Source: Octopus sinensis
Taxonomy: Eukaryota
DNA length: 64,000 nucleotides
Direction of reading: 5' to 3'
Assembly: GCF_006345805.1 (NCBI RefSeq)
Contig: NW_021833259.1
Location: forward strand, 1 to 64,000
Shown here in pieces: positions 23,863 through 37,538 of the stretch (its first letter is position 1; each line of letters starts with the position of its first letter). The position numbers and the translations under genes are program-made. The notes under the pieces are model-generated. The model was not told the DNA's origin. It did no database searches and saw only the letters and a program-made list of their open reading frames with translations.

Positions 23863-25973
23863 TTATGCCCGATATCGAAAGAACGCACCTAAGCTCACAG
23901 TGTCACCCACGTACACGTGGACGTAGTTGCGACCGATGCCGGAAGGATGTCACGAGATACACGCGGTCGATAGGGCAACGTGGTCCTTCCCGTAAGTTCC
24001 CGAAAGATGACAAACAGCGGCCAGTGCAGGTATTGGCGGGCCTGCACCAGTCGCGCGGAGCTCCGCCGCTCTGCCGTGCCCGATCTAGTGAGGCTGAAGC
24101 GAACCTCGCGCTCTCGCCCACGTGAACGTGGACGTAGGCGCGATCAATGCCGCCAGCCGCCTGGAGTGTGTGGCGATGTGAAACGGGTGAATATGGCGAC
24201 GTGGTCCGACCCGTAAGTTAAAGGAATCAGACCCGTAAGCTGACGGGTCGGCCCCGGCTGGATAGTCACGCTCTAGGTGACCGTCGCACCCCAAGGGGGT
24301 CAAGACTATATTGAGGCTTGCAGTCGGCAGGTGGATGTCTCCGGGATCGTTCGGCAGGATGCCCGAGACGTCAGCCTAAGACGCCGTCAGCCCGGCGAGT
24401 GGCCGCCGCCTTCACGCCATCTTGCTTTCCCCGTTCGTCCACGCGCTGCGGGGCCGTTAGCGTCAGGCCTTCGCCTGTCGCCCGTTCCTCTGCCGCACTA
24501 CCGTGCCCGAAATAGAAAGAACGAACCTAAGCTCGCGGTATGGCCCACGTACGCGTGGACGTAGCCGCAACCCATGCCGGAAGTCGTTCACGAGACGCAC
24601 GCGGTCGATACGGCGACGTGGTCCGTCCCGTAAAATCCCGAAAGATGACAACTGCGGCTAGCACGAGGTAGCGGCGGCAGGCCTGCGCCGGTCGCCCGTT
24701 GCTCCGCCGCGCTACCGAGCCCGAAATCGGAAGACCGAAACTAAGCGCGCGGCATCGCCCACGTATGCGTGGATGTAGCCGCGACCGATGTCACGAGATG
24801 CACGCGCTGGATACGGCGACGTGGTCCGTCCCGTAAATTCCCGAAAGATGACAAACTGCGGCCAGTGTAAGCAGGGGCTGCCTACGCCAGGCATGCTCCC
24901 TCCTTCGCCCGCAGCTCCGCCGCGCTACCGTGCCCGAAATCGAAAGAACGAACCTAAGCGCGCGGTATGGCCACGTACACGTGGACGTAGGCGCGATCGA
25001 TGCCGTCAGTCTCCGGAAGTGTGTGGCGATACGAACCGGGTAGACAGAGCGACGTGGTCCGACTCGTAAGGTTAAAGAATTCGATCCGTAAGCTTACGAG
25101 TCGGCCCCGGCTGGATAGTCACGCTCTAGGTGACCGTCGCACCCCAAGGGGGTCAAGACTATATTGAGGGCTTGCAGTCGGCAGGTGGATGTCTCCGGGA
25201 CCGTTCGGTAGGAAGCCCGAGACGTCAGCCTGCGACGCCGTCAGCCCGGCGGGTGGCCGCCGCCTTCACGCCACCTTGCTTTTCCCGTTCGTCCACGCGC
25301 CGCGGGCCGTAAGCGCCAGGCATGCGCCGGTCGCCCGTTGCTGCCGCGCCGCAACCGTGCCCGAAATCGAAAGAACGAACCTATGCTCGCGGTGTGGCCC
25401 ACTTACGCGTGGACGTAGCCGCGACCGATGTCGCGAGATGCACGCAATCGATACGGCGACGTGGTCCGTCTCGTAAATTCCCGGAAGATGACAAACTGCG
25501 GCCAGTATAAGTAGGGGCTGCCTTCGCCAGCAGCTCCGCCACGCGACCGTGCCCGAAATAGAAAGAACGAACCTAAGCTGGCGGTATGGCCCGCGTACGT
25601 GTGGACGTAGCCGCGACCGATGCCGGAAGGCCTTCACGAGATACACGCGGTGTATACGGCGACGTGGTCCGTCCCGTGAAATCCCGAAAGATGACAACTG
25701 CGGCTAGCACCAGGTGGCGGCAGGCCTGCGCCGGTCGCCCGCGTCTCCGCCGCCCTACCGTGCGTGAAATCGAAAGCACGAATCTAAGCGCGCGGTGTCG
25801 CCCACGTACGCGTGGACGTAGCCGCGACCGATGTTGCGAGGTACAGGCGTTCGATACGGCGACGTGGTCCGTCTCGTAAATTCCCGAAAGATGACAAACT
25901 GCGGCCAGTGCAGGTATCGGCCGATAGCGGCGGGCCTGCGCCCGCCTTCTCCCGCCTTCTCCCGCCTTCGCCG
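23863..25973 (+). repeat. Eight diverged GC-rich ~200-bp repeats (two extended to ~425 bp), rDNA-spacer-like
   Basis: Recurring gcccgaaatcgaaagaacgaacctaagc..ccacgtacgcgtggacgtag..cgacgtggtccg..cccgaaagatgacaa, starting near 23867, 24078, 24505, 24719, 24933, 25358, 25551 and 25761. Confidence 0.9.
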
Positions 25974-26131
25974 AGTGGACGGGGGATCACTCGGCTCGTC
26001 CGTCGATGAATAGCACGGCTATCCGCGTGAACTGATGCGAATTGCAGGACTCAGTGAAACATCGACACCTCGAACGCACATTGCGGCCCCGGGATCCTAT
26101 TGTCCCGGGACCCCGTCTGGTCGAGAGGCGG
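25974..26131 (+). rRNA. 5.8S rRNA: 5.8S rRNA (divergent)
   Basis: ggatcactcggctcgtccgtcgatgaa, gaattgcaggac, catcgacacctcgaacgcacattgcggccccggg. Confidence 0.93.
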
Positions 26132-26651
26132 TCACGACACGAAAACGCCGTCCGCCGCGGCCGTTGGCTGCGGCGGGGAGTCGGGAGTCGCAGGAAAATG
26201 CGGCGCTTACCGCGAGGCCCGCATTATCTCGCGCGCGAGCCGCCGCCGCTCGATCGTCCGTCTCCCGTAATGCCAGACCGTCATCGTTGCGAAGCGCTGT
26301 TGCGACGGCCGCGCCGCCCCGAATCGCGCGGCCGATGACGACAAATCGCGGAGGGAACCCGCCGACGAGCGGAAGCAGAGGAGTAGGAGCAGTAGTAGGA
26401 ACAACGACGACACGGCGAGGCCCCTCGTCCCGTCAACGTCCTCTACGTCCCTCCGAGCAACCGCCGCCCTTCGTCGTCGCTGCCACCGCCCTTCGTCGTC
26501 GCTGCCACCGCCACCGCCGTCTCGTCTTTCGGCGTTCGCTCTGTGGGAATATCTCCTTCGTGCGAGCGTTTGTGCCGATCGACAGCGGTGCGCCGGTTGC
26601 AGCACGAGCAGCAGCCGTCTCTTCGCAGCGGGGAACTCTTTATTTTTCACG
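26132..26651 (+). other. ITS2 (~520 bp, GC-rich)
   Basis: Lies between 5.8S and the 28S start; the flanking proximal stem can form. Confidence 0.88.
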
Positions 26652-27000
26652 CTGCCCTCGACTCAGACTCGATTACCCGCCGAACTTAAGCATATCGCTA
26701 AGCGGAGGAAAAGAAACCAACCGGGATTCTCTAAGTAACGGCGAGTGAACCGGGAGAAGCCCAACGCCGAATCTCGTCGGCGGCGCGCCGTCGTCGAGAG
26801 CTGTGGCGCAAGGGTCGTACACGCGATCGATTCGCCTGGCTAGGTTCAGAGTCCCCTCGATCGGGGCTGCCCAGAGCGGGTGCCAGGCCCATTCGGAGCC
26901 GGCGGCGATCGACGGTGTCCATCGGCCCGAGAGTCGGGTTGCACGAACGACGCAGCATTTTGTCAGTTACGTGTGGGTTCCGGCGGTAAGCCATATACCA
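26652..27000 (+). rRNA. 28S rRNA: 28S rRNA 5' end, truncated after ~350 nt
   Basis: acccgccgaacttaagcatatcgctaagcggaggaaaagaaac, gtaacggcgagtgaa, gagtcgggttgc; then an abrupt switch to CA-rich sequence. Confidence 0.93.
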
Positions 27001-27649
27001 GCTTTAAACACACACAACCATAATCATCTTTCCCCTCCAGTCACACTACCACCGAGCACTTCTCAGGACGCACACCACATACCTTTATCCGCATACACTC
27101 ACACAATCTTTAATCAGCTCCACACATGCCACTATACAGGCAGTCACGCACATTGTTTCACCCAGTACACACGCCATAATGCACACTACTGCACCCAGAC
27201 AGGCGCATAACACATGAATACAGACAATGCATATACACAAACACGCAACGCACATAACCACACGCAGTATGCATACACACCGACAAATTTCGCCCTCAAT
27301 ACATAATCAATACACATGCACACTATTTGGTCATTGGCACATACATACACAAGTACAGGCTCCACCTGAACAAGGACACATCACATTCTACACACAACAC
27401 GCACACGTTAATCCCACACACAACACACGTCCATATGCATACTAACACAGATACACATTTCCATACGAACACACACACATATATACACCCAGACTCGCTC
27501 ATACATATCTACCCACACGCTGCCATTCACATATACACCCTCACACACACCCTCACACACACCACTCCACACGCTTGAGCACCTTAGTTCGTTTGGATTA
27601 CAGTTACAATTGTTATTTTCATACACCCTCAAAAATTAGACTGCTGGAA

Positions 27650-28760
27650 AAGAAATAATCTTAGCATCGATTTACAACAAGCAATCTCAGATGCAAAGAG
27701 GCCTCCAAAGTAGGTCCCTAAGCTGTACCTAATGAAACTATTTTCTAGAGCCGTACGAATCTGGGTTTTATACTCATTTCCTCTCTCCATCTCTTCACAT
27801 CTTTCAGGATAGTTCCCAATACACCTCTAAGTACTCCGATACATTTTCACCATGTTCAAATAGTAGCTTTCTACATAGCTTCCAGTGGATTACCTCCCTA
27901 GATTATCATGTCTTTTCTACTATTCCTTCTGTACCAGCATGCTACATTCACTTACCAAAGGATAAACGCTTTCCTCTTTTGATTTCCATAATATTCATTG
28001 GTAATCTACTTTGTTTTTGTCTATTTTGGCCATTATCTAATTAGTCCTCCATACTTGATCTTATGCCGCTACTAACAAACTTTGTCTTCCGCTCCAGCTT
28101 CCCTTTCTTTCTGCAAACATGACCATCTCCCAGTACTACAATTTGATGCTACTATCTTGGAAATCTACCATCCATAGGAGTATATATCTAATCAAGGTAA
28201 CTCCAAAAGTCTCCTATTGATATTAACCCTCTTCCGCCTTTCTTTCTGTGTTGATATAATCTTACTACTCCTGCCTTTGGATGGAGTCATCCATCTGTCT
28301 AAATTTGCAAATACAGTTTTTGTCTAATTTACAAAAGCTGCTGAGTATCTAAGTAATGAGACTGCCTAAGTAAACACGGCCTTCACTACATTTGGACAAT
28401 TTACCTTTGCCTTCATTAGCTTCCTCACACCTCCGATGTACCCCTTCTCCATTTTCGTTTACATTTCTGTATTTAGTACCCAGATTCTAATACTCCTAGA
28501 TACTTACTGCTCTCTCCTCCTTCCAATCATTTAAAGGTCTGGCCATCTGTTAATTGGACGTCTTCACTGTTGACTATCTGCCCCTTCTCATAACTAATAT
28601 CTATGCCAAATTCCATGCCTATATCGTTGTTGAAGTGTCTTACAGTCTGTATTATAAATGTAACGTTTTTTCACTCTTACTAAGTACCAAAAGATCTTCC
28701 ATGTGGAGCAATTGGTTAATTTGTCGCTTTTTAATTCTGAACTGACAGCCTGCCCTTGTC
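27650..28760 (-). mobile_element. Decayed R4/Dong-like RLE LINE remnant
   Basis: Minus-strand frames give LRYSAAFVN, LHPKAGVVRLYQHRKKGGRGL and ESVYPLVSECSMLVQKE..KRHDNLGR..HWKLCRK, with many stops. Confidence 0.75.
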
Positions 28761-28906
28761 TTATATTATTACTATTATTATATATTTCCTACCTTTCATT
28801 GGGGCTCTTTTCCAGTTTTGGGGCTATTTTTCCCAAGCATTAAACTAATACATCTGCCCGTTTTTCCTACGCCTGTCTTCGTCATTTGCTCTGTAAATTT
28901 TAACTG

Positions 28907-28957
<51 letters not shown>

Positions 28958-28976
28958 TTGGTGTATTGTGTGTGTG

Positions 28977-29008
<32 letters not shown>

Positions 29009-29009
29009 C

Positions 29010-29043
<34 letters not shown>

Positions 29044-29166
29044 ATGTATGTATCTATGTATGTATGAATGTATGGAAAAGTCAAGGTAGGAGATGCTAAA
29101 CTAATTTTACAAAAACATTTTCTGTACCGCTTTCAGAAGAAGAAAAGAAGAATGCGGGAGTGCCAT

Positions 29167-29334
29167 GATAGTAGTATGTTAAATGGTCAAGTGCCCTGAA
29201 AGTGACCCGTTGTGGATGGTAGTAGTGTTTGGGACTGTTTTTGAAAAAACAGTTTTTTCAAAAGTCCCAATTGCTGCTATAATCCATAACGAGGCACATT
29301 AGGTCAATTGACCATTTAACACGCTACTACTATC
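29167..29334. mobile_element. ~170-bp imperfect foldback (MITE-like)
   Basis: gatagtagtatgttaaatggtcaa..gggactgtttttgaaaaaac pairs with gttttttcaaaagtccc..ttgaccatttaacacgctactactatc. Confidence 0.65.
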
Positions 29335-30154
29335 ACACTACCTGCATTCCTTCTCATTCTCCCTTATCTTTCTCCTTCTTCTTCTTCGTCTTCTTCCTCT
29401 CCACCAACTCCTTCCTAACTTTACTACTATTGCTGTTTAGAGTAACACCTAGGCAAACTTTATAAACTAAACATTCAAAAGAGATGTCTCAAGATTCAGT
29501 CACTAAAAACTGCATGGCTGCAGTTTAATGACTGAAAATATGTACAGGTGTGGTTTCATTTATTATTCTAGTTGAAGAGCATTTAGGACGTATCTGAGTG
29601 GTATGAGATCCGAATATAAGGTGTGGGAAGTTTATGTAGATATAGGTTAAAATTTGTCACTGAGAGGACAAGTAGTCATATTCCAGTCGATTTTCAAGAC
29701 TATTTTCCGTGTAAAGTCCATAGACATAACAGCCTTATATGTATTTAGCTAAGCAGCATTCTGCGGTGTTTCGTAAGTGGATGTGAAAAGTTATTCATGG
29801 GATGGTAACGGAGAATTGAGCGAAAGATCTGCGGATGTTGATTTTTTGTTAGAGTTGTACATGTGGGAGTAATTCTTTTGTTGTTGTAGCCATTATATAT
29901 TTCATGATAAGTTTGTAAAGTAGTGGTGGTGCTTCAGTGAGTTTGTCTTAGTTTGTATTATGAATCCGAGTGATTCTTTGAAAAGCCATACGTCTGAGAT
30001 GGTGGCGCCAGTACGAGACTTGCTTGAATTTTTAAAGTTGCGCGTGAACAGTTGATATCTTTCTGTGATGGTACTTCATTCTAAGGTTTGGTGTATTTGA
30101 GACAGTAAAGAAATTCCTGTTAAACTAAATATCATTTTACTTTAAGATTTAAAT

Positions 30155-30500
30155 GTTATGCACAGAACCTTACACCATGATTCTTGGACTATTCGCCCAG
30201 GTTTACATTGTTATGCTTTCATATTTCTCACAGTCTATCATGTGTTTTTGTTTTTTCGTTTCTTTTTCAACATTTTCTGAAGGCAAGTATAACAAATTAT
30301 GACTGTGGCAATGGCTCACCAATTAAGCTGAATACTTTGTTGTCCAACCAGTGTAACTTCATAACAACAGCAGGTTCTCGTATAAAACAGACATCGCACA
30401 GAATATTATGGTCATGATGGGATTTGGCGTTAATGAAAGAAATGATTGTATTAGTCGTGTATAAGTTTAATTGATATTTACTACGATATATAGTTGCGGC
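30155..30500 (-). pseudogene. Decayed copy of the terminal exon of the array gene
   Basis: ATIYRSKYQLNLYTTNTIISFINAKSHHDHNILCDVCFIREPAVVM aligns with the 41- and 55-kb exons; deletion and frameshift after PAVVM; left boundary approximate. Confidence 0.8.
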
Positions 30501-31209
30501 TTTTTCTAGCTCCGTTGTAAAAGAATAGGCACGAATATATATGAAGTAAGACAAGCTGAATATGAAATAAGATAAGCATTGTTCAAAGCAGGCCCTGAAA
30601 GGAACTTTCAACATTCAGATTGCGATGGTAAAGGACAATGATGAGCTTACGCATGATTTCTATGTGTGTGAGTGTGTGTGTGTGTGTGTGTGTGGTGTGT
30701 GTGTGTGTGTGTGTGTGTGAGTGTGTATGTGTTTGTGTGTGTGTATGTGAGTGTGTGCGGCTTTAACGACAAAAGCTCATTAAAAGCCGAACAGTATAAA
30801 ATCTATTGATGTATTGTACACAAGAGATTTGGGGTTTAGATATTCTTTGTTCTGGTGACGTAAATAAAGGTCGCATGTTCCGTATTACTGTCTCTGGGAT
30901 AAGAAATATTTTTTGCCTTTCTAAATAAACAGAGGTTTCCTGATACGATATCGGAATGGAGAGGAATAGACAACAGGATGACGCAGACAAAATTTGAAGG
31001 GGCCTATGGATCCCCCTAATTTTACTGTCCAATGGAAACCTTTATCATGGTCCAAACCAATCAGTATATGACCTGAGAAGATATCCAAGCCGAGACTATT
31101 TGTATAAAAATGTAATTTGTAACTTTGGCTTGTAATACTAGAATGACCAGTTTGTTAATTTGGTGTCACGGTTTTCTCCGAGACAAATACAATTCGGATT
31201 TCGTTACTT

Positions 31210-31312
31210 ACATATAGCCTACATCCATCCATTCATTCATCCATCCATCCAGCCAGCCAGCCAGCCAGCCACCTCCATCCATTCATACATACATGCATGC
31301 ATATATACATAC

Positions 31313-31343
<31 letters not shown>

Positions 31344-31490
31344 CATACATACATACATACACATACATATTATATACGTACATACATACATACATACATA
31401 CGTACATACGTACATATATACGTACATACATACATACATACATACATACGTACATACATACATACATACATAATACATACATATACATAC

Positions 31491-31521
<31 letters not shown>

Positions 31522-31945
31522 CATAATACATACACATACATATATACATACATACATGCATCCATCCATCCATACATACATACATACATACATACATCCA
31601 TCCATCCATCCATCCATCCATACATGCATCCATCCATCCATAAATATATACGTGCATACGTACATACATACATACATACATACAACATACATACATAATA
31701 CATACATACAGACATACTTACATACATACATACATACATGCATACATACATACATACATACATACTTACATACATACATACATACATATATACGTACATA
31801 CATACATACATACGTACATACATACATACATACTTACATACATACATACATACATACATACATGCATACATACATGCATACATGCATACATACATACATA
31901 TATACATACATACTACATCATACATACATACATACATACATACAA
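31210..31945. repeat. (CATA)n/(CATC)n microsatellite block
   Basis: Seen directly. Confidence 0.97.
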
Positions 31946-31954
31946 AAATTATCG

Positions 31955-33142
31955 AAAAGTCTACACTAGATGTCAAGAAAGATATGTAGGGAAATTGTCG
32001 CGCCCAAGATTACCGTCCGGGACGCAGTACACCCGACCATTTAGACGTTCAAAGACAGATCTCCCAGCAAACATTGAAATATTTCCAAGGTTTTATACGC
32101 TGTAAACCACGAAAGCACACGATCACGTGCCCTGGGGCATGTTGCGGATGGTTTTCCAGAAAGATGTGTTTAATGTGCAAATACTGTTTGCCATAAAGTA
32201 CTTATATGGATGTTCAAATGTTTGTATTTATGTAAAAGTCGAAAGTTTACAACTTGAAGGTTTCACTTAGTTGAAGTGTGCATTGTTAATGCCCCTTCTC
32301 ACATTCTTTTTTGTGATCTGGTTGAATATGCGCAACCATTGTGGCAGAGGTATCCCAATTCATCTCTACGTGATCGGTCGACTGTTCTTTGTAGACGACT
32401 TGCTGCTACCTGATTCTTCTGATGGTCACCAACAACGTGCATTGAATGGGTTGGCTGCCGAGTACCCCAAGACAGGATTGACAAATACGCACTGTGTAGG
32501 AAAGTGGAACATCATTATTGCGGGTCTCTATTCACGAATGATTCAAAGTTGGTGAAATTATAAATCATTAGTTAAGGAGACACGGGTAAAAGACTTTAGC
32601 CATAAAATTAGTTCTTACTTGGTGTGTCATCAGGTTTATCGTCGAGAGATTTCTTGGAGATGAAACGTTTCTGTGAAAAAATAGAATAGCATCATATAAA
32701 GAGAACTTCAGGGTTTTATTATCGTTTAGAACTTAAAACAATGCAATAGATGACAACATATTCGGACAGGTATCATTGCCAACACTACCATCTCAACCCC
32801 TTAGAAATCTTCTAGAAGGCGCTTCCATCAAGTCAAAGGATTTTCTGAACAATATCAGATAATACAACTCTGCATTTCAAATGACTTCGTTTGGTGAATC
32901 TAAGAAGATAGATAAACATGAATTTACCCCCGACGTCAAAGTTCAAGGGCAAGTCTATCCCATCATTGGTTCCCTGGTCTCGCGAATGAACAACCACAGT
33001 TCCTCAAATTTACTCTATGAGTGATGTAGGACAAGAAACCCGACGTGAGGTGTCAAAATTTCCGATGATGGGTCGTGTTAGACACAGCGCACACTGCTGC
33101 AAAGGAGAGTATATCCCCAGCAATGCCGGGTATGTCTGCTAG
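31955..33142 (+). mobile_element. RTE remnant (31955-32520) followed by a Helitron fragment with canonical 3' end
   Basis: RLFFVDDLLL; Rep/Hel motifs; ccccagcaatgccggg hairpin then CTAG at 33139-33142 followed by T. Confidence 0.78.
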
Positions 33143-33154
33143 TACACACACACA

Positions 33155-33187
<33 letters not shown>

Positions 33188-33210
33188 TTATATATACACA
33201 TAGATATTTC

Positions 33211-33279
<69 letters not shown>

Positions 33280-34564
33280 TATATACATGTATATATATAG
33301 TTAAATTTAATCCAAACAAAAAAGCACAAAGAAGCACATCAACGCGTGGACGTGGAACAAACATAGTATTATTGGATGCCCAGGAAAGAAAGAAAGAAGG
33401 AGGGTTTAACGTTTCGGGTGGAGCTCTTCGTCGGAAACATACGAGATGGAATGATCCAGAGGAGGGAAGACAGGGGAAAAAAATCGCTAAAGGTACACAC
33501 GCACACACATTTTGAATGACCGGAAGGAAATGGGTGAAGAAAAGTTCTTTCAAAGACAGGAGAGTGGTTCTTTCAAAGACAGGAGATTGGTGGAGGAAGA
33601 AGTATGTGTGTGTAAGTGTGGATAAGAGCGTGTGCGGAGGTCTGCGTGTGCGTGTGTGTGTCAGTGTGTATGTGTGCAATAATAACACGTGTGTGTGTAT
33701 GTGTGTGTGTATGTGTGTGTGGTTGTGGCTGTTAAACTTTGCGTGTTGTAGGGTTAGTAGTGTTAAGGTCAAGGAAGAAGGAATTGGGCGTGGCTCCTTT
33801 TGTCTCTACCACAGGTCAAGTAGTAGGTACTGCTATTTGAAGTATGTGTGTGCGTGCGTGTATGTATATGTATCGTGTGTGTGTATTGTTTGTAGTGTGT
33901 GTGTGTGCATGTGTGTGTGTTCGTGTGTGTAGGTGTAGAGTTAGGGTGTTTGGCGAATAACTGTGCGTCTGTGTGTATACATGTATGTATAATTGTGCGC
34001 GTGTATGTATTATTGTGTACCGTGTGTATGGACGTATGTGTGGGTTCATTTGCGTGTGTGTGTATTATGTGCGTGCGTCTCGTATGTGCGTGTGTGCATG
34101 TACGTGTACGTTTGTATGTGTGTGTGTAAGCGTATATGGGTGTATATGCGTGTATCCGTGGGGTTGTGAGTTTTCTGTGTGTGCATTAATGTGCGTGTGT
34201 ACGTGCGTATGTGTGCGCATGTTTTTGCGTGCGTGTGTGTGTGTGTCTCTGTCTATATGTGTATACGGATGTGTATGTGCGTGTAGGCATATATTGTGTG
34301 TATGTATATGTATCGGTGTGTATGTGAATTCGTACATGCGTGTGTGTTTTGGGTTTTTCTGGAGTTGTGTGGGTGTAATGTGCGTGCGTGTGTGCGCTTA
34401 AGTACGTGTATGTGCGTGTGTGTCTCTGCCCATGTGTGTATAAGTCTGTGCGTATCTGTATGAGTATTGTTCGTTAAAGGTATAAGTGGGCATCTGTGCT
34501 GGTGTGTGTGTATGTACGTGTGTATGTATGTGTGTGCGTGTTTTGTGTGCGTATGATACATATA

Positions 34565-34854
34565 TCTCCGTGATCACCGTCACAGACCAGGCTATCAGTT
34601 GTTGCTACACATCGCTGGTCACAATGCGCTTCGCGTTGTTTTAGCCTTCAAATGACGCCACCCCGCTGGCTAAGCGAGCAGGCCAACAGAAGAAAGGGAG
34701 AAAGTTGTAGCGAAAGAGTACAGCAGAGATCAACACAACCCACTCCCTGAGCCTCGTGGAGCATTAAACACTCACAACGCCCAGTCTGGGAATCGAAACC
34801 TCGATCCGACAATCATGAGTCCGCTGCGCTAACCACTAGTCCACTGCGCCTCCA
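34565..34854 (-). mobile_element. tRNA-derived SINE, family 2
   Basis: Minus-strand head tggaggcgcagtggactagtggttagcgcagcggactc..ggtttcgattccc; body shared with 47793, 48548 and 62720. Confidence 0.85.
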
Positions 34855-36489
34855 CACAGACATATATATATATATATACATACATATCAATATATATATA
34901 TACACATAAATATCACAAATATACGTATCTACTTATACGCATACACACACACAAACGCACACATATATGTGAGTGGACATACACTGTATAGTGTGATTCT
35001 TCGTGTACAATTGAGCACGTGTGTCTGTGTGCGTGCGTATGTGTGTGTGTTTGTGTTTATTTGTGCGTGTGTTTGTCCGTGTGTCTGTGTGTATGTATTT
35101 ACATTCGTTCTTACATATTGTCATATATAAAAACCAACGTGAATTACAGTCAAACATTACGAAATTCACCGATCTACATTGGCACTCGCACGTTTTATTT
35201 TAAGTTGGAAAGAAAAGATTAAAAAAAACTCGCCTCACTTCCGTTCCTGATGGAGAGAAATAGATAAATGTGTGTAAATATGTACGTATTCCTATGTGTG
35301 CGTGTGTGTGTGTTTGTATGTGTCTGTTTCTGTGCGTGTGTGCAAGTGTACATCTAGATATAATACTTAACACTAATATTAATAGGGCTAAACGTTGCAG
35401 CGACAGGGCATGGCCATGCTAGAACCCCACCATTAGATTCTTTTCATTACGCACTTATTTCCCTCTCCAGGATTATGTCTGGTAAAAGAGCGATCGGACA
35501 GGAGTACAATTCCACCCTTCTTTGTGTTTAATTGGGATGTGTGTATATGTATGTATATATAGATATAGATAAATAATTGAGGTTTTTTTAAAAGCCTTTA
35601 TAGAAATTATTTACTCTTATTATTATATGGATAGATAGATAGATAGATAGATATGTAGACAAATAGATTGATTGATAGATATGTATGTATATACATACGT
35701 AACTATATATGTGTGTATGTATATATGATATGTATATATATATATATAGATGTATGTGTGTGTGTATGTGTCTGTGTATAGCACACATAGTGTGTATGTA
35801 TCTATGTTTTATGTATGTGTCTGTTATTGTCGCACCACTATCGATTCTCAACTGATGTCGGTGTGTTTACGTCCCTGTTACATAGCCGATCGTCTAGAGA
35901 TACCGATAGAATGAGCAAGAGGCTTACAAGGAATAATTCCTGAAGTCGATTTGTTCTACTGAACGCAGTGCTCTAGCATGGCCGCAGTCAAATGACTGAA
36001 ACGGTTAAAAGAATATATTTATATACAAACACACACACATACACACACACACACACATACATATATATAGATAAATAGAGAGAGAGAGGGATAGACAGAG
36101 AGATACAGTGATAGATACACACACACATGTATTTGTTTGTATATATATATCCATATATGTTCAGGCACTAATATATTCATATATATGTATATTTATATAT
36201 ACATATATATGTATAATATATATACAAATATACGTATACGTATATATATGTATGTTTAGGTGTGTGCGCCTGTGTGTTCGTGTGTGATTACGTGTGTTGT
36301 CTTATGTGTGTGTGTGTGCTTCATAGGAACATATGTAAGTGATTCGTGCATACATCCTTACATTCATCCATCCATCGGTACGTACATACATCCACATATT
36401 AATACATACATACGTAAATGCATACATACATACATGCATATATAAATACATAAAGACATACATATATTAACACAAAATCCATGACTTAC

Positions 36490-36633
36490 CGTTTTCGATT
36501 TCTCTTCCATTTTTCCTATTCTTGAATCTTGATGAAGAATCACGATCGTCAGAACGAGAAGAACCCCAAAAGCTATGAGAGAAGAAATGGAATAACGCTG
36601 CGAAATATTTCTGGACAGTTGTGCGAAATCCAT
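36490..36633 (-). CDS. Putative first coding exon of the array gene (copy whose terminal exon is the 30-kb pseudogene)
   Basis: MDFAQLSRNISQRYSISSLIAFGVLLVLTIVILHQDSRIGKMEEKSKT then GTAAGT. Confidence 0.55.
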
Positions 36634-37501
36634 TCTGGTGACAGTTGTCGGTCGTACGTGATACTTCGTGTGGCTTCAACAAAAGATCGAGATGCGAGGT
36701 TTAAGCTGAAGACCTGTAACTGAATTCCACGTATTTATTGAGCGCACAACAACCCAGCTCTGGCATAGATCTTATCGTAAATGTATGAACCAATGCGATT
36801 GGTGGAACTGTAAAAGTGGGTGTGAACTTGTCTGACAGGTTTAATTATTGGAAAGAGATGGTTTGATATTGTCACACAATAATTAGCAAAATATTTTGAT
36901 GAATGAGAGACACGTGTAAAGTGAAATGATTCCTGTTTCTGGATATATTATGATATATTTATTTACTAATGTTTTTATTTAATTTTATTTGTTATTCTTG
37001 GGAAACTGTTTTAATATTCAGTGTGGGAAGTATTTCGTTCAACCAACAAATACACAGACACAAAGACACACACACACACACACCGACACACACACACACA
37101 CTGACACACACACACACTCACACACTGACACACACACACACAGACACACATACACACGCACACACTGACATACATACACACACACACACTGACACACACA
37201 CACACGCACACTGAGAAACACACACACACTGACACACACACACCGATACACACACAAATACAAACACACACACAATGACACACACACACACACACACTCT
37301 CACACACACACACTGACTCACACACACTGACACACACACACACATACTAACGCACACACATACACATTGTCACCCACACACTGACGCACACACACACACG
37401 CTGACACACACGCGCACACACACTGACACACACACACACATACACTGACACAACACACACACACACACTGACGCACACACTCCCACACACACACATACAC
37501 T

Positions 37502-37538
<37 letters not shown>

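Noticed and set aside
21828-26994. GC-rich ORFs (for example 26035..26748, 237 aa; 23501..23926)
   Set aside because: Incidental frames over rRNA, ITS2 and tandem repeats
29420-30100. Possible decayed GIY-YIG or LINE coding remnant
   Set aside because: No diagnostic motif recoverable by eye
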